64,000 nucleotides of DNA from Malacoraja senta. Taxonomy: Eukaryota. Below, piece after piece: positions 40,286 through 51,128 of this stretch (the first letter of the stretch is position 1; the number at the start of each line of letters is the position of its first letter). The notes beneath the pieces are model-generated. The model was not told the origin of the DNA, searched no databases, and saw only the letters and a list, made by a program, of their open reading frames with translations. The translations under genes were made by a program, and so were the position numbers. The stretch spans positions 10,294,001-10,358,000 of the forward strand of contig CM075995.1 of assembly GCA_038087875.1 (NCBI GenBank), read 5' to 3'.

Positions 40286-40565
40286 AAAACGTGGCACACG
40301 GAGCACCGTCGACCCAGTCCAGCACGGATCACGGGGCACCTGCTGAGCTAGCTAATGACGGGAACAACGACAGCGACTTCAGGCATGGTTCATGCGCGCG
40401 CACTAGGAAATCCAAGGATCCTTGGTGGAGAATCGATCTAAATGAAAGCTACAACGTGTCAAATGTAAGAATCACCAACAGAGCAGACTGCTGCTCGGAC
40501 CAGCTCAAAGGAGCGGAGATCCGCATCGGGAATTCGCTGGAAAACGATGGCAATTCCAACAGACT
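40286..40565 (+). CDS. F-type lectin exon A9 (unit 5)
   Basis: 280 bp; GAPSTQSST and GSCART variant. Confidence 0.88.
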
Positions 40566-41509
40566 GTAAGTGTTCTTAAGCAATCGTCGACTCAAGTCAC
40601 AAGCGTTGTCTTTTTTTGCAACATTCGGTGTTACTGAAGCAATGATAATATCAGTGGGGAAAAAGAGAGTTGCTGCAGGATAACAATGATCTCACTGCAG
40701 ATAAAATTAAAAATTATTCTCCGCTGATCCAGATGCGAGAGAAAATCATACAGAGCCGTAGTCAACTTATCCAATGACATCAGCTGCTGACGTACCTCTA
40801 TAGCGGTGTGGTCAATGAAAGGACAAGTATAAATCTGTAATTTAAGTTGATTCAAGTTATGTAATAATGAACAATCTGATTGCTGTGGCAATAGACAGGT
40901 AACCAATGCCGATGAGTGAGGATCATGCAGCATCTACTCAGTCAATGTGGCCTATGTGTGGGAAGGAACTGCAGGTCGTGGTTTAACCCGAAGATATACA
41001 CAAAAATATGGAATACCTTGTGCGGTCAGGCCACATCATTGGAGAAAAGCAATAGGTGACGTTCCAGGTCGAAACCCTTCCCCAGACTGAATACAGTCTG
41101 AAGAAGGGTCTCGATCCGAAACGTCACTTATTCCTTTTCTTCAGAGATGCTCTCTGACGCGCATGGTCACCTATATATCCTGTTGCTAGCCATCTGTTCG
41201 TAACTGGAGCAAGTGCGCGGATGCCGGAAGTAGCCGTGGGATCCCCCCATATCCATGGAACGTGTCATCAGTTCACCAGCACAGACCTACGATTACCTTT
41301 GTTACGTTTAGTCATCCGCATCATCGAGGCAGTGGAGGCAGTAGAGTCTAAAGTTTAAATCCAATGTTCCATAGACTTTGGATCAGTTCCTGTGGACTGG
41401 AGTGCAGCTAATGTAACCCCACTTTTAAGAAGGAGGGAGAGAGAAAACAGAGAATTACAGATCAGTTAGCCTGAAATCGGTAGTGTAGAAGATGTTTCAG
41501 TCGATTATT

Positions 41510-41873
41510 AGATACATAGATACATGGAAAATAGGTGCAGGAATAGGCCATTCGGCCGTTCGAGCCTGCACCGCCATTCAATATGATCATGGCTGGTCAT
41601 CCAACTCAGTATCCCGTACCTGCCTTCTCTGCATACCCCCTGATCCCTTTAGCCACAAGGGCCACATCTAACTCCCTCTTAAATATAGCCAATGAACTGG
41701 CCTCAACTACCCTCTGTGGCAGAGAGTTCCAGAGATTCACCACTCTCTGTGTGAAAAAGTCTTTCCTCATCTCGGTCTTAAAGGATTTCCCCCTTATCCT
41801 TAAGCTGTGACCCCTTGTCCTGGACTTCCCCAACATCGGGAACAATCTTCCTGCATCTAGCCTGTCCAATCCA
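41510..41873 (-). mobile_element. Short CR1 3' fragment found only in unit 5
   Basis: ORF 41606-41869 is a CR1 C-terminus; ATTATT duplicated on both sides; units 1-4 show the empty site. Confidence 0.85.
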
Positions 41874-42736
41874 ATTATTGAAGATGTAATAGCAGCGCAT
41901 TCGGAAAGCAGTGACAGGATCGGTCAAAGTCAGCATGGCTCTATAAAGGGGAAATCATGCTTGACTAATCTGCTGGAATTTTTTGAGGATGTAACAAGAG
42001 TGGGTAAGGGAGAGACAGTGAATGTGGTATATCTGGATTAAAAGAAAAGCCTATGCCAAGGTCCCACACAAGAGATTAGCGTGCAAAATTCGAGCACATG
42101 GTATTGCGAGTAGGGTATTGTTATGGCTAGAAAACTGGTTGGCTGACAACACGCCAAGAGTAGGGATTTACGGGTCATTTTCGGAATGACAGGCGGTGAT
42201 GCATGGGGTTCCGCAAGGTTCAGTGCTGAGACCCATGTTATTTACAATATATATTGACGACTTAGACGAAGGAATTAAATGTTACATCTCGCAGTATGCG
42301 GATGACAAAAAGCTGGATGGCAGTGTGCGCTGCCAGTAAGATGCTATGAGGATGCACGGTGACTTAGATAGGTTCAGTTAGTGGGCAGATGCATGACAGA
42401 TGCAGTATAATATGGATAAATGTGAGGTTATCCACGTTGGTGGCAAAAAACCAAGAATGCAGATTATTATCGGAATGGTGTCAGAATAGGAAAAGGGTGG
42501 TGCAGAGAGACCTCTGTTTCCTTGTACATCAGTTTCTAAAAGTAAGCACATGGGTACAGCAGCCATCGAAGAAAGCAAATGTGAGTGCGGAAGATGCCGA
42601 GTAGCCATGGGAGCCCCCCCACCTCCACATCCCATGCACCTGTCATCAGTACACCACCACAGGCCTACGATAACAAACGCTTTCTCGTCTCTTGTGATCG
42701 AGGTAGCGGAGGCTAACTTTCAAACATCTCTTTCAG

Positions 42737-43170
42737 CTGTGGAACCGTTGATTCAGTTGCTTTGACAACACTTACATTCAATTGTGATGGACTTGTTGGT
42801 CGATATGTGAACATCTTCATCCCGGGCCAGGATAAAATATTGACCCTTTGCGAGGTTGAGATCTTTGCTTCAAAATTTCCTTCTATCCATATCCCGTTAG
42901 AGCAGGACATGAAACCCACGTCCGGACCTGAAATGGAAAAGCAAACTCACGTCCATATCCCGTCCGTAAACGGAACGAAACTCCCGCCAACCTCTGGAAA
43001 AAATCTCCCGCACATAACTGGAACGAAAATGCCGTCCGTGAAGGAAACGGTGCCCCAGTCCCCAAAGGGAACGAAAAAACCGTCCATACCTGGAACGAAT
43101 ATCCCGCCAACAACCGGAACGAACGTTTCGTTCGTAACTGGAACAAATCTGCGATCTGGAACTTTAACAG
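42737..43170 (+). CDS. Extended exon B9 (unit 5)
   Basis: 434 bp; KFPSIH variant; donor ACAG|gtaggc at 43170. Confidence 0.88.
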
Positions 43171-43306
43171 GTAGGCTCAACGCCCCGATAAGTCTGTGGT
43201 CGTAGACACTGAGGCATTCTCAGCCACGAAATCGATTACTGATACTATATCTGGAAGGAGGGAATCATGTTAGCCCGAGATTCACTACCCTCTGGCTAAA
43301 ACAAAT

Positions 43307-46300
43307 CCATGTAACCATAAAACCATATAACAATTACAGCATGGAAACAGGCCATCTCGGCCCTTCAAGCCCATGCCGAACACCTTTTTCTCCCCTAGTG
43401 CCATCTACCTGCACAGACCATAACCCTCCATTCCTTTCTCGTCCATATACCCATCCAATCTATTTCGAAATGATAAAATCGAACCTGCCTCCACCACTTC
43501 CACTGGAAGCTCATTCCACACAGCTACCACTCTCTGAGTAAAGAAGTTGCCCCTAATGTTACCGCTAAACTTCTGTCCCTTAATTCTCAAGTCATGTCCT
43601 CTTGCTTGAATCTTCCCTACTCTCAATGGGAAAAGCTTATCCACGTCAACTCCTTCAATCGCTCTCATCATTTTAAAGACCACGATCAAGTCCCCCCTTA
43701 ACCTTCTGCGCTCCAAAGAATAAAGACCTAACTTGTTCAGCCTTTCTCTGTAATTTAGTTGCTGAAACCCAGGCAACATTCTCGTAAATCTCCTCTGTAC
43801 TCTCTCTATATAGTTGACATCCTTCCTATAATTAGGCGACCAAAATTGTACTCCATACTCCAGAATTGGCCTCACCAATGCCTTGTACAATTTTAACATT
43901 ACATCCCAACTTCTATACGCAATGCTCTGATTTATCAAGGCCAGCACACCAAAAGCATTATTTACCACCCTATCTACATGAGATTCCACCTTCAGGGAAC
44001 TATGCACAGTTATTCCTAGATCCCTCTGTTCAACTGCATTCCTCAATTCGCTACCATTTACAATGTACGTCCTATTTTGATTTGTCCTGCCAAGATATAG
44101 CACCTCTCATTTATTATCCACAACACCACCTATCTTAGTATCATCTGCATACTTCCTAATCCAATTTTCCACACCATCATCCAGATCATTGATGTACATG
44201 ACAAACAACAGTGGACCCAACACAGACCCCTGAGGCACCCCACTAGTCACCGACCTCCAACCTGACAAACAGCCATCCACCATTACTCTCTGGCATCTCC
44301 CATTCAGCCACTGTTGAATCCATCTTGCTACTCCACCATTAATACACCACAATTGAATCTTCTTAACCAACCTTCCATGACGAACCTTGTCAAAGGCCTT
44401 AATGAAGTGCATATAGACAACATCCACTGCTTTACCCTCATCAATTTCCCCAGTAACCTCTTCGAAAAATTCAAGAAGATTAGTCAAACATGACCTTCCA
44501 GGCACAAATCTATGTTGACTGTTCTTAATCATACCCTGTTTATCCAGATGCTTATATATATTATCACTAAGTATCCTTTCCATTAATTTGCCCACCACTG
44601 ACGTCAAACTAACAGTTCTATAATTGCTAGGTTTACTCTTAGAACCCTTTTTAAACAACGGAACAACATGCGCAGTACGCCAATCCTCCAGCACTATTCC
44701 CGTTTCTAATGACATTTGAAATATTTCTGTCGTAGCCCCTGCTATTTCTACACTAACTTCCCTCAATGTCCTAGGGAATATCCTGTCAGGACCTGGAGAC
44801 TTAGCCGCTTTCATATTTTTCAAAAGTATCCACACTTCCTCTACTTTAAATCTCATAGTTTCCATTGCTACTCTGCTCGTTTCCCTTACCTCCACATAAT
44901 TCAATAACCTTCTCCTTGGTGAATACCGAAGAAAAGAAATTGTTCAATATCTCCCCCATCACTTTTGGCTCTGCAGATAGCTGTCCACCCTGACTCTCTA
45001 ATGGACCAATTTTATTCCTTGTTATCCTCTTGCTATTAATATAGCTGTAGAAACCCTTTGGGTTTAATTTCACCTTACTTGCCAAAGCAACCTCATATCT
45101 TCTTTTAGCTTTTCTAATTTCTTTCTTAAGATTCTTTTTACATTCTTTATACCCCTGCAGCACCTCATTTACTCCATGCCGCCTATATTATTGTATATCT
45201 CTCTCTTTTCCGAACCGTGTCCAATTTCCCTTGAAAACCATGGCTCTTTCCCAATTTTTACTATTTCCTTTCACCGAACAGGGACATAAAGATTCTGTAC
45301 TCTTAAAATTTCACATTTAAACGTTCTCCATTTCTCTTCTACATCCTTCATAAAACAACATGTCCCAATTCACTCCTTTTAAATCCTTTCGCATTTCCTC
45401 AAAGTTAGCCTTTCTCCAAAAACTCAACCTTAGGTCCAGTTCTGACCCTCTCCATAATTATATTGAAACTAATGGTATTGTGATCACTGGACCCAAAGTG
45501 ACACCTAACGCATACCTCCGCACCTGCCCTGTCTCATTTCCTAACAGGAGGTCCAGCACTGCCCCATCTCTTGTAGGTACCTCTATGTATTGTTGCAAAA
45601 ACTATCCTGCACATATTTTACAAACTCCAAACCCATCCAGCCCTTTTACAGAATGTGTTTCCCAGTCTATGTGTGGAAAATTGAAATCTCCCACAATCAC
45701 TACCTTGTGCTTACTACTAATATCTGCTATCTCCTTACATATTTGCTCTTCCATTTCTCGCTCTCCATTAGGCGGTCTATATTACAAAGCTATAAGTGTT
45801 GCTACCCTTTCCCATTTCTCAGTTCCACCCAAATATCCTCCCGAAGATGAGCCCTCTAATCTATCCTGCCAAAGCACTGCTGCAATATCTTCCTGACAAG
45901 CAATGCAACACCCCCACCTCTTGACCCTCCAACTCTATCACACCTAAAGCAACGAAATCTGGAATATTTAGTTTCCACTCACAGCCCTCCTGCAACCATG
46001 TTTCACTTATCGCCACAACATCATACTTCCAGGTGTCAATGCAGGCTTTAAGCTCATCCACGTTTCCTACAATGCTCCTAGCATTTAAACTATACACATT
46101 TAGAAACACACCACCACTTATTCTCTGTTTATTTTCTTTTTCTTCTTTCTCCCCTACATTTTGCGTCCGAGTGCTTCCTTCTCTGCCTCATGCCTCACAC
46201 CCTGACTACTAGCTTTCCCTATTCGAGTCCCTCCCACCAACCGTTCTAGTTTAAAGTCTCCCCAGTTGCCTTTGCACATCTCCCCGCCAGGATATTGTCC

Positions 46301-47490
46301 CCCCTCGCGTTCAAGTGCAACCCGTCCTTTTTGTACAGGTCACACTTTCCCCAAAAGAGGTCCCAATGATCCAGAAATATTAATCCCTGCCCAGTGCACC
46401 AGTCCCTCAGCCCACGCATTTATCCTCCACCTCATTCCATTCCTACTCTCACTGTCTCGCGGCACAGGCAGTAATCCTGAGATTGATATATTTTTGGGCC
46501 TTCTCCTTAACTCTCCTCCCATCTCCCTAAATTCTCCTTTCAGGACCTCTTCTCTCTTTCTAACTATGTCATTGGTACCTATATGCACCACGACCTCGGG
46601 CTCCTCTCCCTCCGATTTCAGGATATCTTGGACGCGTTCAGACACATCCCTGACCCTGGCCACCAGGGAGGCAAACTATCATCCGGGTCTCCTGACTGCG
46701 TCCACAGAATCGCCTAACTATAGAGTCCCCTATTACTAGTGCCCTCCTCTTCTTTCCCCTATCATTCTGAGCAACAGGGCCGGTCTCTGTGCCGGAGGCC
46801 TGGCCGCTGTCGCTACCCGCAGGAAGGCAGTCCCCCCAACCGTAATCAAACATGAGTACTTATTTTCAAGGTGTACAGCCACCGGGGTACTCACTAGTCC
46901 TTGCCTCTGCCCCTTGCCCTTCCTAACAGTGACCCCACTTCTCTGCCTCCCGTGGTCTTGGCGTGACCACCTCCCTGTAACTCCTTTCTATAACATCCTC
47001 ACTCTCCCTGATCAGACAGAGGTCGTCGAGCTGCTGCTCCAGGTTCCTAACGGTCCCTTAGGAGCCCATCTGGACACACCTGGCGCAGATGTGGACGTCT
47101 GGAGAGGTATCAGACTCCATGACCTCCCACATCTGACATCCAGAACAGTAAACTGCCCTGGCCCTCATTCTCCCTGCTGTACCTAGGATAATATACAAAG
47201 CCTTACCTTGGGTACAAGCCAATCAGCGGCTTCCCCTAGTCCGTTTCCACCAATCAGTGGCTTCCTCAAGCCCACTTAATTTGAAGTGTGAACTGCGGAT
47301 GGAACTTTGCAGTTTGGTAATCCTCACTCTGTAACGGCTCCTGGTCCTCTGCTGAAACCAAGGCCCGCGATGGGTTTTTGAACCTACCCGCCCGGACGTC
47401 GCTCCTCCCTCTGTAAGGGCTCCTGGGCCTCTGCTTAAACAAGCCCCGCGATGGGTTTTTGAACCTACCGCCCGGACGTCGCTCCTCACC
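43307..47490 (-). mobile_element. Near full-length, frameshifted CR1 LINE: 5' UTR, ORF1 (zinc motif plus SGNH esterase-like domain), ORF2 APE-RT and tail
   Basis: ALVIGDSIVR and VVVHIGTNDI motifs (46340-46853); endonuclease start LNARSI...DVVAISETWL (45861-46109); RT 43405-45163. Confidence 0.9.
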
Positions 47491-48260
47491 TCCTTTCTAA
47501 TGGTATATCCTCTCTGCTGAATGTGTGCCCTCTGGGTCTAGACTATCCCACTGCTGGAAACGTGCTCTCTACATTCACACTATCCATGTCTAATAATCCT
47601 CTCTACAATGCCAGGCACATCCCTCCTTTGATATGGGGCCCAAAACAGTTCACAATATTCCAATGCGCTCAGCCCATTGCCTTATAAATCCACAGCATTA
47701 GACCCCTGCTTTTATATTCTAGCTATCTGGATATAAATACTAACATATGCCTTCCTTACTACAGGTTCAACTTGGAAATAATGTTCTTGAGTCCTCTCCC
47801 CCATTAAAAAACAGTCTGCACTTTTATTATTTTCGCAAATTGCATGATCACTCTCTTTGTTATGCAGTTTTCCATCTACGACTTATTTGCCTCTCTCCCA
47901 ACCCCTCCAAGTCATTCGACAGACTCGCTGATTCCTCTGCATGACCTGGCCCTCCAGTTATCGTTGTATTATCCGCAACATTGGGCACATAGGCATTAAT
48001 TCCATCATTGAAATCATTGATATGCAACGAGCAAAGTGACGGACCCAACACCACACCCCTCGAACACCGCCAGTCACTGACAACCAACCAAAAGAAACAC
48101 ACCTTTATTCCCACTCTTTGCCTTCCATCCAGCCAACCTGCCATCCATGCTGGTATCTTCCCTCTAATTCCATGGGATCTCCTCTTGTTCAGCAGCCTCA
48201 AATCCTGCACTTTATCAAACGCCTGAAAATCCAACTAAACAACACCCACTGATTGTATAT
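47490..48260 (-). mobile_element. Older degraded CR1 fragment
   Basis: DFQAFDKV...GIRGK...VLGP...INDF...ADNT remnants (47860-48234). Confidence 0.7.
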
Positions 48261-48379
48261 TACTAAGAAGAGTTTACGATGCATCTGGTGTCTCTCCACT
48301 ACACGAAAGCAATATGAATATCAATGAAATAGACTGCTGATCGAAACCTTGATAGAAGGCCTTCATTAGTCGGTATTAA

Positions 48380-48550
48380 TTAGAAACGTAGAAGTTAGGT
48401 GCAGGAGTAGGCCATTCCGTCCTTCGAGCCAGCACTGCCATTCAATATGATCATGGCTGATCATCCAATATGAGTACCCTGATCCTGCTTTCTCCAATAT
48501 CCTTTGAATCCGTTATACCTGAGAGCTTTAGCTAACTCTCTGTTAAATAC
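48380..48550 (-). mobile_element. CR1 3'-end fragment just upstream of the exon A10 acceptor
   Basis: Matches 5165-5330 (AGGTGCAGGAGTAGGCCATTC...ATCATGGCTGATC). Confidence 0.7.
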
Positions 48551-48591
48551 ATCTTGCCTTTCCGCCCAGCGAGCTGTTTCCTTCCCCACAG

Positions 48592-48871
48592 AAAACGTGG
48601 CGTTGGGAGCAAGTGCGTCCCAATCCAGCACGGATGGAGGGGCAGCTTGTGAGCGAGCCAATGACGGAAACACCGACAGCGACTTCAGGCATGGTTCATG
48701 CGCGCGCACCAGGAAATCCAAGGACCCTTGGTGGAGAGTCGATCTAATGGAAAGCTACAACGTGTCAGATGTAAGAATCACCAACAGAGCAGACTGCTGT
48801 TCGGAACAGCTCCAAGGAGCTGAGATCCGCATCGGGGACTCGCTGGAAAACGATGGCAATTCCAACACACT
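48592..48871 (+). CDS. F-type lectin exon A10
   Basis: cacag|AAAACGTG...ACACT|gtaagt; NVALGASASQSSTDGGAACERANDGN...NRADCCSEQL. Confidence 0.9.
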
Positions 48872-49490
48872 GTAAGTTCTCATAAGCAATCGCCGACTCA
48901 AGTAACAAGCGTTGTCTTTTTCTGCAACCTTCGCTGTTACTGGAGCAATGATAATATCAGTGGGAAAAAGAGAGATGCTTCAGGATAAAATTAAAATTAT
49001 TCTCCGCTGATCCAGATGCGGGAGCAAATGATACAGAGCGTAATCAACTTACCAAATTACATGAGCCTTTTGCGTACCTCTATAGCGGTGGGGTCAAAGA
49101 AAGGACAAGTATAAATCTGTAATTTAACTTAATTCAAGTTATGTAATAAGGAACAATCGGATTGCTGTGGCAATAGACAGGTAACCAATGACGATGAGTG
49201 AGGATATTGCAGCATCTACTCAGTCAATGCGGCCTATGTGTGGGAAGAAACTGCAGGTCGTGGTTGAACGCGAAGATACGCACAAAAATATGGAATACAT
49301 TGTGCGGTCAGACCGCATCATTGAAGGAAAGCAATAGGTGACGTTCCGGGTCGAATCCCTTCCTCAGACTGAATACAGTCTGAAGAATGTCTCGATCCGA
49401 AACGTCAGCTATTCCTTGTCTCCAGAGAACAGCGACAGCGTCCTCAGGCATAGTTCATGCGCGCGCACCAGTAAATCTAAGAACCCTTGG

Positions 49491-50435
49491 CTGGATAATG
49501 AAGTAGATTTTCAAAGTCTGCAGAGAGATTTAGGCCATTTGGAAGAGTGGGCTGAAAGATGGCAGATGGAGTTTAATGCTGACAAATGTGAGGTGCTACA
49601 TCTCGGCAGCACAAATCAAAATAGGACGTACCCGGTAAATGGTAGCGAATTGAGGAATGCAGTTGAACAGAGGGATCTAGGAATAACTGTGCATAGTTCC
49701 CTGAAGGTGGAATCTCATGTAGATAGGGTGGTAAAGAAAGCTTTTGGTGTGCTGGCCTTTATAAATCAGAGCATTGAATATAGAAGTTGGGATGTAATGT
49801 TAAAATTGTACAAGGCATTGGTGAGGCCAATTCTGGAGTATGGAGTACAATTTTGGTCGCCTAATTATAGGAAGGATGTCAACAAAATAGAGAGAGTACA
49901 GAGGAGATTTACTAGAATGTTGCCTGGGTTTCAGCAACTAAGTTACAGAGAAAGGTTGAACAAGTTAGGTCTTTATTCTTTGGAGCGCAGAAGGTTAAGA
50001 GGGGACTTGATAGAGGTCTTTAAAATTATGAGCGAGTTCAACAGAGTGGACGTGTATAAGCTTTTCCCATTGGGAGTAGGGAAGATTCAAGCAAGGGGAC
50101 ATGACTTGAGAATTAAGGGACAGAAATTTAGGGGGAACATTAGGGGGGACTTCTTTAATCAGAGAGTGGTAGCTGTGTGGAATGAGCTTTCAGTGGAAGT
50201 GGTGGAGGCAGGTTCGATGTTATCCTTTAAAAATATATTGGATGGGTATATGGACGGGAAAGGAATGGAGGGTTATGGTCTAAGTGCAGGTAGATGGGAC
50301 TAGGGGGAACTATTTATTTTTAATTAAAAAAAATATATATATTTTTAAAATTTAAAAAAAATGTTCGGCACGGACTTGAAGGGCCGAGATGGCCTGTTTC
50401 CGTGCTGTTATGGTTATATAGTTATATGGTTATAT
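49491..50435 (+). mobile_element. 5'-truncated CR1 inside the pseudo-exon
   Basis: DNEVDFQSLQRDL...GYGLSAGRWD; (TTATATGG)n-like tail at ~50408-50435. Confidence 0.9.
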
Positions 50436-50540
50436 GAGGGTGGATCTAAAGGAAAGCAACAACATGTCAGATGTAAGAATCACCAACAGAGCAGACTACT
50501 GCGCTGCCCACCTCAGAGGTGCCGAGACTCGTTGGAGAAC

Positions 50541-51128
50541 CATATAACCATATAACCATATACCAATTACAGCACGGAAACAAGCCATCTCGTCCCTTCT
50601 AGTCCGTGTCAAACACGTATTATCCCCTAGTCCCATATACCTGCGCTCAGACCATAACCCTCCATTCCTTTCCCGTCCATATAACTATCCAATTTATTTT
50701 TAAATGATAAAAACGAACCTGCCTCCACCACCTTCACTGGAAGCTCATTCCACACAGCCACCACTCTCTGAGTAAAGAAGTTCCCCCTCATGTTACCCCT
50801 AAACTTCTGCCCCTTAATTCTCAAGTCATGTCCCCTTGTTTGAATCTTCCCTACTCTCAGTCGGAAAAGCTTATCCACGTCAACTCTGTCTATCCCTCTG
50901 ATCATTTTAAAGACCTCTATTAAGTCCCCCCTTAACCTTCTGCGCTCCAAAGAATAAAGCCCTAACTTGTTCAACCTTTCTCTGTAACTTAGTTGCTGAA
51001 ACCCAGGCAACATTCTAGTAAATCTCCTCTGTACTCTCTCTATTTTATTGACATCCTTCCTATAATTAGGCGACCAAAATTGTACACCATACTCCAGAAT
51101 TGGCCTCACCAATGCCTTGTACAATTTT
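50541..51128 (-). mobile_element. 5'-truncated CR1 inside the pseudo-exon, opposite orientation
   Basis: ORF 50627-51184 is a CR1 C-terminus; (CCATATAA)n tail on + strand. Confidence 0.9.

Larger units (their letters stand above)
18614..45324. repeat. Five-copy tandem segmental amplification; units start at 18614, 23878, 29142, 34397 and 39676
   Basis: Exon A spacing is 5264, 5264, 5255 and 5279 bp; the same junction TTAAAC(C/G)TG|AACCAGCTCAGCG occurs at each unit boundary; TE fragments are shared. Confidence 0.95.

Noticed and set aside
49338..50303. 321-aa lectin-RT fusion ORF
   Set aside because: It is a chance in-frame join of repeat DNA, 21 codons of pseudo-exon and a truncated CR1 lacking the RT catalytic core. 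There is no evidence of expression.
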